A DNA stretch of 64,000 bases from Gammaproteobacteria bacterium. Lineage in GTDB: Bacteria > Pseudomonadota > Gammaproteobacteria > Steroidobacterales > PWYM01. Below, in pieces: positions 7,637 to 17,665 of the stretch. Each line of letters opens with the position of its first letter. The first letter of the stretch is position 1. The stretch lies in NCBI GenBank assembly GCA_007127715.1, contig SKYU01000009.1:2411-66410 (forward strand), in the 5' to 3' direction. The position numbers and the translations under genes are program-made. The notes beneath the pieces are model-generated. The model did not search any database. It was not told the origin of the DNA and saw only the letters and a list, made by a program, of their open reading frames with translations.

Positions 7637-9604
7637 ATGGCGCCCGAGATCGGCCAGGTCGCCCTGGTCCTTGCCCTGATTCTCGCGCTGATCCAGAGCG
7701 TCGCGCCGATCTGGGGCAGCTTCACCGGCAACCGCATGCTGATGGCCGTGGCCAAACCCGCGGTCACCGGGCAGATGGTGTTCGCAGCGGTCGCCTTCGG
7801 GGCGCTGACCTGGGCGTTCGTCCACCATGATTTCTCGGTGTCCTTCGTCGCCGGCCACTCCAACTCGGAGCTGCCGCTGTTCTACCGGTTCGGCGCGGTC
7901 TGGGGCGGACACGAGGGCTCACTGCTGCTCTGGATCCTCGTGCTGGCGATCTGGTCGGTACTGGTGGCTGTGTTCAGCCGCCAGATGCCCGAGCGCTTCG
8001 TCGCACGGGTCCTCGGGGTACTGGGTGTGGTCGCGGTCGGCTTCCTGTCTTTCACGCTGTTCACCTCGAACCCCTTCGATCGGCTCATCCCCGCACCGGC
8101 CGACGGACAGGACCTGAATCCGCTCCTTCAGGATCCGGCGTTGATGTTCCATCCGCCGTTGCTCTACATCGGCTACGTCGGCTTTGCCGTGGCCTTCGCC
8201 TTCGCCATTGCCGCGTTGCTGGAAGGGCGGATCGATGCGGCGTGGGCGCGCTGGACGCGGCCCTGGACCACTGCCGCCTGGCTGTTCCTGACACTCGGCA
8301 TCTCGCTCGGCAGCTGGTGGGCCTATTACGAGCTCGGCTGGGGCGGCTGGTGGTTCTGGGACCCGGTGGAAAACGCCTCACTGCTGCCCTGGCTGGTGGG
8401 CACGGCGCTCATCCACTCGCTGGCGGTCACCGAGAAGCGGGGGCTGTTCAAGAGCTGGACGCTGCTGCTGGCCATCTCGGCGTTCAGTCTCAGCCTGCTC
8501 GGCACCTTCCTGGTGCGCTCCGGCATCCTCGTCTCGGTACATGCCTTCGCCGCCGACCCCTCGCGCGGGCTCTACATCCTTGCGTTCATGGGCATCGTGG
8601 TGACCATCGCACTCGCGCTTTATGCCTGGCGTGCGCCGGCCATGGCCTCGGACGCCGGGTTCAAGCCGCTGTCTCGCGAGACCTTCCTGCTCGCCAACAA
8701 CATCCTGCTGGTGGTCGCGACCCTGCTGATCCTGCTCGGTACGCTCTATCCGCTGTTCATGGACGCCCTGAATCTCGGCAAGATCTCCGTCGGCCCGCCG
8801 TACTTCGATCTCGCCTTCATGATTCCGATGTTCCCACTGATGCTTCTGCTCGGCATTGGCATGCACACCATGTGGCGCCAGACTCCGGGCTCCCCACTGT
8901 GGCGGAAGCTGCGCCTTCCCGCGATCGCGGCCCTGGTGATCGGCATACCCATGCCGCTGGTGTTCTACGGCACGGCCGGGGTCCTGACCGTGCTGGGCAG
9001 CATCCTGGCCTTCTGGATCATGATCAGCGCGCTCATCGACGTCCTGCCCAAGGTCGGCCCGGCCCGGGTCACGCGCAGCCACATCGGCATGTGCATCGCC
9101 CACTTCGGTCTCGGTGTCATGATTCTCGGCATCACCTTCGTCTCGTCCTACGACCTCGAGGTCGACCGGGCGGGCGTTCCGGGACAGCCCATCACCTACG
9201 CAGGCTACGAGTTCACGATGCTCGGCACCCGCGGGGTGCAGGGACCGAACTTCGATGCCATCGAGGCTGAGGTCGAGGTGCGCCGGAACGGCGAGTACGT
9301 CACCACGCTGCTGCCTCAGAAACGCGTCTATCGCGTGCAGCGGGACCCGATCACGCAGACGGCCATTGGCGGCGGCTGGCGCAGGGAGTTGCTGGTCTCG
9401 ATGGGTGAACCACTGGGCGATGGGGCCTGGTCGCTGCGCATCCAGTACAAGCCGCTGGTGCGCTACGTCTGGCTGGGCACGATCTTCATGGCCCTTGGTG
9501 GTCTGATCGCCATGACCGACCGACGCTACCGGCTCGCCCGTCGGCGTGAGACCGAACCGGCAGTGAGCGGCTCATCGACGGCAACCGCGGGAGGGCAGGG
9601 CTGA
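7637..9604 (+). CDS. ccmF: Cytochrome c heme lyase subunit CcmF
   Basis: 655 aa polytopic protein with the WWFWDPVENASL W-rich motif. Confidence 0.95.
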   Translation: MAPEIGQVALVLALILALIQSVAPIWGSFTGNRMLMAVAKPAVTGQMVFAAVAFGALTWAFVHHDFSVSFVAGHSNSELPLFYRFGAVWGGHEGSLLLWILVLAIWSVLVAVFSRQMPERFVARVLGVLGVVAVGFLSFTLFTSNPFDRLIPAPADGQDLNPLLQDPALMFHPPLLYIGYVGFAVAFAFAIAALLEGRIDAAWARWTRPWTTAAWLFLTLGISLGSWWAYYELGWGGWWFWDPVENASLLPWLVGTALIHSLAVTEKRGLFKSWTLLLAISAFSLSLLGTFLVRSGILVSVHAFAADPSRGLYILAFMGIVVTIALALYAWRAPAMASDAGFKPLSRETFLLANNILLVVATLLILLGTLYPLFMDALNLGKISVGPPYFDLAFMIPMFPLMLLLGIGMHTMWRQTPGSPLWRKLRLPAIAALVIGIPMPLVFYGTAGVLTVLGSILAFWIMISALIDVLPKVGPARVTRSHIGMCIAHFGLGVMILGITFVSSYDLEVDRAGVPGQPITYAGYEFTMLGTRGVQGPNFDAIEAEVEVRRNGEYVTTLLPQKRVYRVQRDPITQTAIGGGWRRELLVSMGEPLGDGAWSLRIQYKPLVRYVWLGTIFMALGGLIAMTDRRYRLARRRETEPAVSGSSTATAGGQG

Positions 9605-10140
9605 TGTGGCGCTACCTCTCGGTCCCGGCGCTGTTTCTGGTGCTGCTGGGGTTTTTCCTGGTCGGGCTGTTTCGTGATCCGACCATGGTGCCCTCGCCAC
9701 TGATCAACCAGCCGGCACCGCAGTTCGAGTTGCCGCAGCTGCTCCACCCGGAGCGCACACTGGGACTGCGCGATCTCGCGACGGGCGAGCCCGTACTGCT
9801 CAATGTCTGGGCGACCTGGTGCGTCGGGTGCCGCCAGGAACATGGCATGCTGGTGGAAATCGCGCGCAGTGGCGAGATTCCGATTTTCGGGCTGAACTGG
9901 AAAGACGATCGTGCCGCAGCCACTCGCTGGCTGGAGCGGCTCGGTGACCCGTACGTCGCCGTCGCCGTCGACGATGACGGGCGGGTTGCCATCGACTGGG
10001 GCGTCTACGGTTCTCCCGAAACCTTCCTGCTTGATGGCGAGGGCATCATCCGCTTCAAGCATATCGGACCGATCGATGCGACAGTCTGGGAACGCGAATT
10101 CCGCCCGCGCATCGCGCAGTTGCGCCAGGGGCAGTCATGA
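9604..10140 (+). CDS. ccmG: Thiol:disulfide interchange protein CcmG/DsbE
   Basis: ATG overlaps the ccmF TGA. Thioredoxin-fold motif WATWCVGCRQEH. N-terminal anchor. Confidence 0.92.
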   Translation: MWRYLSVPALFLVLLGFFLVGLFRDPTMVPSPLINQPAPQFELPQLLHPERTLGLRDLATGEPVLLNVWATWCVGCRQEHGMLVEIARSGEIPIFGLNWKDDRAAATRWLERLGDPYVAVAVDDDGRVAIDWGVYGSPETFLLDGEGIIRFKHIGPIDATVWEREFRPRIAQLRQGQS

Positions 10141-10622
10141 CCATACGGTTGATGCTTGCCGCGGGCCTGGTACTCGGTGCGTTGGCGAGCCCGGGGCAGG
10201 TAACCGCGGCGCCGTTTACCCCCTTGACGGTCGAGGCACTCTCGCCGCTGGAGGACCCGGACCAGCGGGCGCGCTACGAGCGGCTCATCCGTGAAATCCG
10301 CTGCCTGGTCTGCCAGAACGAACCGATCGCAGATTCCAACGCCCCACTCGCACGCGACCTTCGCCGCGAAATCCGCCAGCAGATCGAGAGCGGCGCCTCC
10401 GACCGGGAAATCATCGAGTTCCTGACGGCCCGATACGGGGACTTCGTACTCTATCGACCGCCGTTCACGCCGCGCACCTGGCTGCTGTGGCTGGCCCCCG
10501 GTCTGCTCCTGCTCGGGGGCGGCTGGATCTTCTGGCGTATCCTGCGCGCGCGGGCCGACAAACCCATCGACGACGAGGAGTGGGGCGAGGATCCCGAGCC
10601 CGCGGAGGATACGCCCCGATGA
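10137..10622 (+). CDS. ccmH: Cytochrome c-type biogenesis protein CcmH
   Basis: ATGA overlap with ccmG. Contains RCLVCQNEPIADSNAPLARDLR and RYGDFVLYRPP. Confidence 0.92.
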   Translation: MTIRLMLAAGLVLGALASPGQVTAAPFTPLTVEALSPLEDPDQRARYERLIREIRCLVCQNEPIADSNAPLARDLRREIRQQIESGASDREIIEFLTARYGDFVLYRPPFTPRTWLLWLAPGLLLLGGGWIFWRILRARADKPIDDEEWGEDPEPAEDTPR

Positions 10623-11659
10623 GCGAGTTTATCGTGGTGGCCGCGGTGATGGCCGCGGCCGCGCTGGTATTGCTCATGATCCCGGTCTGGCGAAGTGCCG
10701 ATACACCCCGGCAACGCTGGCTTGGTGTAGCGACACTGATCGTGCTTCTGCCGATCGGCGGGGCGGGGACCTACCTGGCGGTCTCGACCTGGCAATGGGA
10801 TCCCCAGGTCAGGGCCGAGCTCGCCCTCGAACGGCTCCGCGCCATCGCCGCCAGCGCCGAAGAGGGCATGGCTCTCGAGGACAGCGTCGACGGTTGGCGG
10901 CAACTCGGCGACTTCTACGCCAACATGCAGGATTTCACAGGTGCGGCCAGGGCCTATGGTCGGGCGACAGAGCTTGCCGGGCCTGAAGACGTACCGCTGG
11001 CGCTGGCGTTTGCCGAAGCGGTGCTTTTCTCCGATCCCGACGGGTTTGCAGAGCGAGCCGGCGGGGTGCTCGACGAGGTGCTGCGACGGCAACCCGACAA
11101 CGCCCGGGCGTTGTTCTATGGCGGACAGGCCGCCTGGGCGGCTGGGCGCTGGCCCGAGGCCGAAGCCCGATGGCAACGGTTGCTGGCCATGGACCCCCCC
11201 GCCGCGATCGTGCGTATGGTAGAGCAGCGCCTGGTCGAGATCCGGCAGCACACGGGCGGCTCGATGGCCGACGTCGCACCCGGAGAGCCTCCGTCGCCAC
11301 CGGTCGCGGAGAGTCCTGCCGGCGACACGGTCACGGTGGAACTTGCTCTGGGCGAGGGTTTCGAGGCCCTGGTGGGGCAGGGTGCCGCATTGTTCGTCAT
11401 CCTCCGGGATGGTCCCGCGGGCCCGCCGCTGGCGGTCCGGCGGCTGCCGGCCACCGCACTTCCCGGCACGGTGGAGCTGGGATCAGGCGATGTGATGCTG
11501 CCCGGACAGCGGCTGTCCGACGTCTCCGGGCCGTTGGCGGTGGTGGCGCGGGTCTCCCAGACGGGCGACGTCGCGGCGACCAGCGGCGACCTGTATGCCG
11601 AGGGCAGCGTCATGGCGGGTGGGCGCATCTCGCTGGTCATCGACACCGTCGTCCCATGA
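10619..11659 (+). CDS. ccmI: Cytochrome c-type biogenesis protein CcmI (CycH), TPR-containing
   Basis: ATGA overlap with ccmH. Two N-terminal TM segments followed by TPR-like repeats (WRQLGDFYANMQDFTGAARAYGRA). Position directly after ccmH. Confidence 0.8.
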   Translation: MSEFIVVAAVMAAAALVLLMIPVWRSADTPRQRWLGVATLIVLLPIGGAGTYLAVSTWQWDPQVRAELALERLRAIAASAEEGMALEDSVDGWRQLGDFYANMQDFTGAARAYGRATELAGPEDVPLALAFAEAVLFSDPDGFAERAGGVLDEVLRRQPDNARALFYGGQAAWAAGRWPEAEARWQRLLAMDPPAAIVRMVEQRLVEIRQHTGGSMADVAPGEPPSPPVAESPAGDTVTVELALGEGFEALVGQGAALFVILRDGPAGPPLAVRRLPATALPGTVELGSGDVMLPGQRLSDVSGPLAVVARVSQTGDVAATSGDLYAEGSVMAGGRISLVIDTVVP

Positions 11660-12105
11660 CCCAGGCTGCGCCGGCCCCTCCCACCGCGCAGCTTGGCTGG
11701 CGCGAGTGGGTGGCGCTGCCCGAACTCGGCCTGACGCGCATAAAGGCCAAGGTCGATACCGGGGCGCGGACGTCGGCCCTGCACGCTTTCTCCATCCGCA
11801 GCCGGCAACGTGGGGGGCTCGTGATGCTGGAGTTCGGCGTCCACCCGGTTCAGGGAAACACCGACATCGAACACTGGGTCGAGGTCCCCGCCGTGGATCA
11901 ACGCATGGTCACGGACTCCGGCGGCCACCGGGAACGTCGCTGGGTGATCCGCACCCCGGTGCGCTGGCGCGAACGTGAATGGCCGATCGAGATGACGCTG
12001 ACGGACCGTGACAACATGCGCTTTCGCATGCTGCTCGGGCGAACCGCGCTGCGTGACGGCGGCCTGACCGTCGACCCGGCGCGCTCCTACATGGGCGGGC
12101 ACTGA
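11656..12105 (+). CDS. RimK-associated retropepsin-like aspartic protease (RimB / 'ATP-dependent zinc protease' family)
   Basis: ATGA overlap with ccmI. Contains [14 protein letters not shown] (DTG aspartic-protease signature). 149 aa, immediately upstream of rimK. Confidence 0.8.
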   Translation: MTQAAPAPPTAQLGWREWVALPELGLTRIKAKVDTGARTSALHAFSIRSRQRGGLVMLEFGVHPVQGNTDIEHWVEVPAVDQRMVTDSGGHRERRWVIRTPVRWREREWPIEMTLTDRDNMRFRMLLGRTALRDGGLTVDPARSYMGGH

Positions 12106-12109
12106 GTCC

Positions 12110-13015
12110 ATGAAAATCGCGATCATGTCGCGTAACCCGAAACTCTACTCGACCCGGCGGCTGGTCGAGGCAGCGCGCGGGCGCGGGCACGAAGTGCAGG
12201 TCATCGACCACCTGCGCTGCTACATGAACATCGCCAGTCACAAGCCGGCAGTGCACTACAAGGGCAAGCCGCTGAGCGGCTTCGACGCGGTGATTCCGCG
12301 CATTGGTGCCTCCGCGACATTCTACGGAACAGCAGTGCTCCGGCAGTTCGAGATGACGGGCGTGTTCCCGCTGAACGAGTCCGTCGCCATCAGCCGTTCG
12401 CGCGACAAGCTACGCTCGCTGCAGCTGCTCTCACGGCGCGGCATCGGCATGCCCGTGACCGGTTTCGCGCATTCGCCGGACGACACCGACGATCTGCTGG
12501 CCCTGGTCGGCGGCGCACCGGTGGTGATCAAACTCATCGAGGGCACGCAGGGCGTCGGGGTGGTGCTCGCCGAAACCAAACAGGCCGCAGAAAGCGTAAT
12601 CGAGGCGTTTCGCGGACTGCATGCCAATTTCCTCGTGCAGGAATTCATTGACGAGGCGCGGGGTGCCGACATCCGCGCCTTCGTGATCGGCAACCGGGTG
12701 GTGGCGGCCATGCGCCGCCAGGCGAAGGAGGGTGAATTCCGCTCCAACCTGCATCGCGGCGGCAGCGCGCAGGTCATCCGCCTGACGCCGGAAGAACGGT
12801 CGACCGCCGTGCGTTCCGCCCGCATCATGGGGCTTAACGTCGCCGGCGTCGACATGCTGCGTTCCAACCATGGGCCGGTCGTGATGGAGGTCAACTCCTC
12901 GCCCGGCCTGGAGGGCATCGAGGCCGCTACCGGCAAGGATGTCGCCGGCCTGATCATCGCTTTCATCGAGAGCAACGCACGGCCCGGAAAGACCCGCACC
13001 CGTGGCACGGGCTAG
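12110..13015 (+). CDS. rimK: Ribosomal protein S6--L-glutamate ligase RimK (ATP-grasp)
   Basis: 301 aa. [18 protein letters not shown]...[15 protein letters not shown]...[13 protein letters not shown] matches the RimK pattern throughout. Confidence 0.95.
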   Translation: MKIAIMSRNPKLYSTRRLVEAARGRGHEVQVIDHLRCYMNIASHKPAVHYKGKPLSGFDAVIPRIGASATFYGTAVLRQFEMTGVFPLNESVAISRSRDKLRSLQLLSRRGIGMPVTGFAHSPDDTDDLLALVGGAPVVIKLIEGTQGVGVVLAETKQAAESVIEAFRGLHANFLVQEFIDEARGADIRAFVIGNRVVAAMRRQAKEGEFRSNLHRGGSAQVIRLTPEERSTAVRSARIMGLNVAGVDMLRSNHGPVVMEVNSSPGLEGIEAATGKDVAGLIIAFIESNARPGKTRTRGTG

Positions 13016-14039
13016 GCGATCAGCGGCAGTCAGCCTCGGCGGCGTGTGCATCTCCGCCGGCGAACGTCGCACGGTGGAGCTGGAGCTGGGCACGCTCTAT
13101 AACCACAACCCCATTTCGATGCCCGTGCACGTGGTACATGGCCGTCAGCCTGGACCACGGCTGTTCGTGTGTGCCGCGGTCCACGGTGACGAGCTGAACG
13201 GCATCGAAATCGTACGCCGCCTGCTGGCACAGCCCGCGCTGAAAACCCTCCGTGGCACGCTGTTGGCGATACCCATGGTGAATGTCCTGGGGGTCATGCA
13301 CCACAGCCGTTATCTGCCAGACCGACGAGACCTGAACCGTTCGTTCCCGGGCTCGCCGACCGGATCACTGGCGGCGCGCCTGGCAGAGCTGTTCATGCAG
13401 GAGATCGTCCGCGGTTCCACCCATGGCATCGATCTGCATACCGGCGCAATCCATCGTGCCAATCTGCCCCAGATCCGGGCAGACATGGACGATCCGGAAA
13501 CGGCCAGCTTGGCACAGGCCTTCGCCGTACCGCTGCTGCTTCACGCCAGCCTGCGTGATGGATCACTGCGCGAAGCCGCGGCGGGTGAAGGCGTCCGGAT
13601 GCTTCTCTACGAGGCCGGCGAGGCGCTACGCTTCGATGAACGCTGCATCCGGGCCGGACTGCGAGGCGTTCTGGGAGTGATGCGGGCATTGGGGATGCTG
13701 CGGGGCAGGGCGGGCCGCCCGGTCCATCCGCCACCCGTCATCGCCCGCGCCAGCACGTGGGTCCGCGCGCCGACCAGCGGTATCCTGCGCAGCCTGCGTG
13801 GTCTCGGTGAAGCGGTCGACACCGGTGATGTCCTCGGCTATGTGTCCGACCCTTTCGGCGAGGCGGAGGTCGCCGTGACGGCGAGCTGCAGCGGTCTGAT
13901 CATGGGACGTTCCAATCTGCCACTGGCCCACGAAGGCGACGCGCTGTTCCACATCGCGCGGGTCGCCACCGGTGACAGCATCGCTCTGGAAGATCTTGAT
14001 GACGACCCTGCCTGGGAGCAGGGGCCTGCAATCGTCTGA
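13002..14039 (+). CDS. Succinylglutamate desuccinylase/aspartoacylase (AstE/AspA) family zinc hydrolase
   Basis: Zinc-ligand motif [10 protein letters not shown] plus IDLHTG. The GTG start at 13002 overlaps the end of rimK. An in-frame GTG at 13044 is an alternative start. Confidence 0.8.
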   Translation: MARARRSAAVSLGGVCISAGERRTVELELGTLYNHNPISMPVHVVHGRQPGPRLFVCAAVHGDELNGIEIVRRLLAQPALKTLRGTLLAIPMVNVLGVMHHSRYLPDRRDLNRSFPGSPTGSLAARLAELFMQEIVRGSTHGIDLHTGAIHRANLPQIRADMDDPETASLAQAFAVPLLLHASLRDGSLREAAAGEGVRMLLYEAGEALRFDERCIRAGLRGVLGVMRALGMLRGRAGRPVHPPPVIARASTWVRAPTSGILRSLRGLGEAVDTGDVLGYVSDPFGEAEVAVTASCSGLIMGRSNLPLAHEGDALFHIARVATGDSIALEDLDDDPAWEQGPAIV

Positions 14040-14048
14040 GAGGGCCGG

Positions 14049-16376
14049 TCAGGTGCCTAGGGCAGCCTGCGGGTGCATCCCTGTAGCCTCGCCCTGGATC
14101 TCGCCCTCGCCCTGGGTCTGGCCCTGTCCTTTGGAGGCCCTGCGTGCTGCCAGCGCACGTAGCATGCGTTCAAGTGGCACGGGCTTGCCGACATGAAACC
14201 CCTGGGCCAGGTCCACGCCCATGGCAGCCACATGCCGGCGCAGCAGGTCGCTTTCCACATACTCTGCGACGGTCTGCAGCTGCAGGCCCCGGGCGACCTG
14301 GACGATGGCCGCCACCATCGAGCTGCTCGCGCGGTTCTCCAGGATGTCCCGAACAAACCCGCCATCGATCTTGACGATGCTGACTGGCAGCGCATGCAGA
14401 TAGGCAAACGAACTCAAGCCGGTCCCGAAGTCATCCAGCGCAAACTGTGCCCCCAGCGCACGCGCGCGCTCGATGAGCTCGCGTGCGTGGGTCAGCCGTG
14501 CGATCGCCGCACTCTCGGTCACCTCGAAGCACAGGCGCTGCGGGGGAACGCGACCGTCACCGATCCGTTCCACGAGATAGTCCGCGAAGCCGCGATCGCC
14601 GAGCGACTGCCCCGACAGGTTGATGAACACCTGGAGGTTGAACTGCTGCAGATCCTGGACACTCGGCGCCAGGGCCAACAGCGTGTTCTCGATGACCCAG
14701 CGGTCGATTGCGGGCATCAGACCATAGCGCTGGGCGGCCGACAGAAAGCGATCCGGCGGAAGGATCGTGCCATCGGCTTCACGCAGACGCACAAGAATCT
14801 CGAACCCATGCAGGCGAGCTGACCGCAGACACAACAGCGGCTGAGCGTAGAGCACGAACTCGTTGTCACTTAGCGCCTGATGCAGCTGACCGAGCATGGT
14901 GATGTCGCTGTGCCGCCGGATGATGCTCTGGTCTTCCTCCTGATAGCACTCCACCCGGCCGCGCCCTCGGTCTTTCGCCATGCGACACGCCACTTCAGCA
15001 GCGGCCAGCACCTCTTCACCGGGCTCGGGGCTGAGCGGAACCAATGCCGCGCCGATACTGAGAGACATCTGTACCGAATGACCCTCGCGCAGGTAACCGA
15101 GTTGCGCAACAGTCGCGAGCAGCCGCTCCGCCACCTCACGAGCCTGGTCCAGATCATGCGCCGGCAGCAGGATGGCGAACTGATCCCCCGGCAGGCGGCA
15201 CAGCGCGCCGTCCTCGCCCAGTACATTCCGGGCCAGCTCGGCCACGCGCACGAGCACCTCGTCACCCGCCTCGAGCCCGAAACGATCATTGACCACATGC
15301 ATGCGGTCAACATTGATGAACAAAACGCTATGCGGACCTTCCCGACGTGCGGCTTCTCTGACCAGGCGGCGGAAGGGGGGCAGGGCCAGCGCGCCTGTAA
15401 GTTCATCGTGTCCGGCATGCAGCAGGGCGCCGGCTCGCCGGGCTACAAGCGCCAGCACGCGGCCGTGACGATCATCGAACTCGGGACCCTCTGGCGCGCC
15501 AAACAACGCAATCACGCCTTCGACCCGGCCGCTGCGGTCGTGGATCGGGCAGGAGATGATACGAAAAGGCAACTGCGCCTGGAGACCACCAGTGTCGCGC
15601 TCTCGCGGCAGCCGATTGGCGATGAACGGCCTCCCGTGGAGCTGAGCCATGGCCAGGAGGTTACGCTGGGTCTTTACCAGCACATCGGCATCACCCATCG
15701 AGGTTGCCGGAGCATACCGGAGCACCCGCAGGTTACGCCCAGGGACCAGCAGGGCACAGATCTCGACATCGAAATGCGCCTGGCATCGCTCCACGAGCCG
15801 GCCCAGTGCACCCGTTGGGTCGTCATGAGCCTCGGCTTCCTCACCGAGGCTCGCCAGCAATTCGAGGTCGCGCTCGGCCGAGGATCCGATCGGCGTGGCC
15901 TCTGGTTCACTCACGCCCTCGGTCCCAGCCAGCTCCCGCGAGGCCAGCGTCTTCTGGAAACCCAGATCCCGTACAAGGCACTGCAGTACCGGCTGGATCA
16001 AACCATGGACAAGCGACCAGGGGCGATGCTGGCCGCTGCTCGCCGGCACCGAAACGGCGAGCAAGCCGAGACGCTCCGCGTCGGCAGCGTGCAGTCCAGC
16101 CAGGTACACGGCATCACCACTGGGCAGATCAACCCGGCAGCCCTCACTGAGGCAGGCATCACCACCGTCATCCGAACCGAGGCGCTCGGCCACGAGCTGG
16201 TCCAGTTCAGTGGTATCCAGTCCCTCGGCGCTGGCCCAGAGCGTGGCGCCACGCGGATCGTACAGGCAGATGGCCGCGACCCGCGGCAACAGCATCCGCA
16301 GCAGGCTGGCATAACAGTCCAGCGAGGCATCAAACCTCGCCTGGTCGTGCGCTTCGCCCTCCGGGGAAGTTGTCAT
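14049..16376 (-). CDS. GAF-GGDEF(degenerate)-EAL signalling protein, predicted c-di-GMP phosphodiesterase
   Basis: The GGDEF motif reads RLPGDQF. The EAL domain looks intact (FEILVRL, INLS, FEVTES, DDFGTG, KIDGGF, AEYVES, QGFH). The N-terminal ~330 aa are GAF-like. Confidence 0.85.
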   Translation of the reverse strand: MTTSPEGEAHDQARFDASLDCYASLLRMLLPRVAAICLYDPRGATLWASAEGLDTTELDQLVAERLGSDDGGDACLSEGCRVDLPSGDAVYLAGLHAADAERLGLLAVSVPASSGQHRPWSLVHGLIQPVLQCLVRDLGFQKTLASRELAGTEGVSEPEATPIGSSAERDLELLASLGEEAEAHDDPTGALGRLVERCQAHFDVEICALLVPGRNLRVLRYAPATSMGDADVLVKTQRNLLAMAQLHGRPFIANRLPRERDTGGLQAQLPFRIISCPIHDRSGRVEGVIALFGAPEGPEFDDRHGRVLALVARRAGALLHAGHDELTGALALPPFRRLVREAARREGPHSVLFINVDRMHVVNDRFGLEAGDEVLVRVAELARNVLGEDGALCRLPGDQFAILLPAHDLDQAREVAERLLATVAQLGYLREGHSVQMSLSIGAALVPLSPEPGEEVLAAAEVACRMAKDRGRGRVECYQEEDQSIIRRHSDITMLGQLHQALSDNEFVLYAQPLLCLRSARLHGFEILVRLREADGTILPPDRFLSAAQRYGLMPAIDRWVIENTLLALAPSVQDLQQFNLQVFINLSGQSLGDRGFADYLVERIGDGRVPPQRLCFEVTESAAIARLTHARELIERARALGAQFALDDFGTGLSSFAYLHALPVSIVKIDGGFVRDILENRASSSMVAAIVQVARGLQLQTVAEYVESDLLRRHVAAMGVDLAQGFHVGKPVPLERMLRALAARRASKGQGQTQGEGEIQGEATGMHPQAALGT

Positions 16377-16652
16377 GCAGCCGTCCGTTGGAATCTTTCA
16401 GGGATGATAAGGAACTGTAGACCCGTGGCGCGCCCTTATGATCCCAGACTGCAGAGCGATGATGCGGTGACCTGTGTCTCGTCAGGTAATTGGCGTTGCC
16501 TTCCTCGGTCACCCCCATAATTTAACATAATATATATTATGCGAAGTACTGGAGGGTCGGGTTTCTTCATTCTTGAACCGCTCCCAAGAAATCCGGCGCG
16601 TCAGGCGGATATTCTCCTGCGCAGCCGTCTCCACAGCCCCCCAGGACTCCCC

Positions 16653-17444
16653 ATGTCCGCACAAAGTCAACTGCGTATCGTCAACAAGACGTCGATATTG
16701 ATCGGCGCGGCCTTCATGACACTTGGCAGTGCGTTGGCGTATTTCTTCCTGGCTACCACCGACATTCACTGCAATCGCACCACCGACCGGTGCGTTGTCA
16801 GCACCCAACGTATCATCGGCCCACGCAACCCGATCACTCTCCACCTATCCGAGATCAGCAGGGTCGATGTCGTCCGCAGTCGCAGTCGCTCCGACAGTGG
16901 CGGATATCTCTACCAGTCAGTGCTCCGAACTGGCAGCGACGATGTCCCTCTCGCCCCTTACGGGAGTTCCGGTCGGCAACAACATGACCAGTTGGCAGCC
17001 GATATCAATCAGTTCCTCGCAGATTCGAGCCGGGAGACCTTGACACGCGAATTCACGGCCCGCTGGTCGTTCATCATGCTGTTCTTTCCGGTGGCAGGGG
17101 TATTGATAGTTTTCGGAAGCCGGAGTGTGGTCGAGCTGTCGGTCAACACGGATCAGTCCGTGTTGCACCTGTTGCGCCGGCGCTGGTGGCAGACATCGGG
17201 TCAGGAAGTCTCGATCGCCCTGAGTCAAATTGATCGAATTGATGTCGAGTCTCGGGGTATGGGCCAAATCAACACTGAAAGGCGCAGAAGCCGATCCCGA
17301 GGGAGGAATCCGACCTATCGCGCCGTCATCGTCAGAAAATCCGGTGAGCATGTCCCCCTGTTCAATGCCGAAACCAGTGGTCAAGGAGCGTTCAGGCGCG
17401 CGGACCAGTTGCGGGAGTTCCTGCAGCATTATCTAGAGAAATGA
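16653..17444 (+). CDS. Hypothetical membrane protein made of two tandem [TM helix + ~100-aa domain] repeats
   Basis: ORF in a lower-GC stretch. ATG at 16653 (alternative ATG at 16539). The two halves align: LHLSEISRVDV / IALSQIDRIDV, RSRSRS / RRSRSRGR, DVPL / HVPL, INQFL / LREFL. I recognise no family. Confidence 0.5.
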   Translation: MSAQSQLRIVNKTSILIGAAFMTLGSALAYFFLATTDIHCNRTTDRCVVSTQRIIGPRNPITLHLSEISRVDVVRSRSRSDSGGYLYQSVLRTGSDDVPLAPYGSSGRQQHDQLAADINQFLADSSRETLTREFTARWSFIMLFFPVAGVLIVFGSRSVVELSVNTDQSVLHLLRRRWWQTSGQEVSIALSQIDRIDVESRGMGQINTERRRSRSRGRNPTYRAVIVRKSGEHVPLFNAETSGQGAFRRADQLREFLQHYLEK

Positions 17445-17462
17445 CAGAGCGCCGACCGCCCT

Positions 17463-17665
17463 GCTCTACCCGCTGGCCGGCGTCTGCACAGGATTCTCGC
17501 GCTTGCGCGCACGCACGGGTGTCAGTGGCGCCTTGCCGATATCGCCGAGTTCAATCCGCCTCGATGCCCAACGCGAAGGCGATGACGTGGGCGCAGCGCC
17601 TGAAAACGGTGTTCGGCATCGACATCCAGGCGTGCGCGGCCTGCGGCGGGGCGGTAAAGAACGCG
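17463..17665 (+). pseudogene. Remnant of the C-terminus of an IS91-family (rolling-circle) transposase
   Basis: AMTWAQRLKTVFGIDIQACAACGGAVK resembles the conserved IS91/ISCR C-terminal zinc-knuckle segment (..WAQLLKRVF.ID...C..CGG..K). The upstream frame gives LLYPLAGV...RTGVSGALP, which is only weakly similar. No intact ORF and no upstream catalytic domain. Confidence 0.45.

Noticed and set aside
14880-16520. 546-aa plus-strand ORF
   Set aside because: It is antisense to the GAF-GGDEF-EAL gene and has no motifs.
16377-16629. 9-nt direct repeat gcagccgtc (16377-16385 and 16621-16629) flanking the AT-rich promoter region
   Set aside because: It is too short to distinguish from chance in 64 kb of GC-rich DNA, and it does not bracket the whole low-GC islet.
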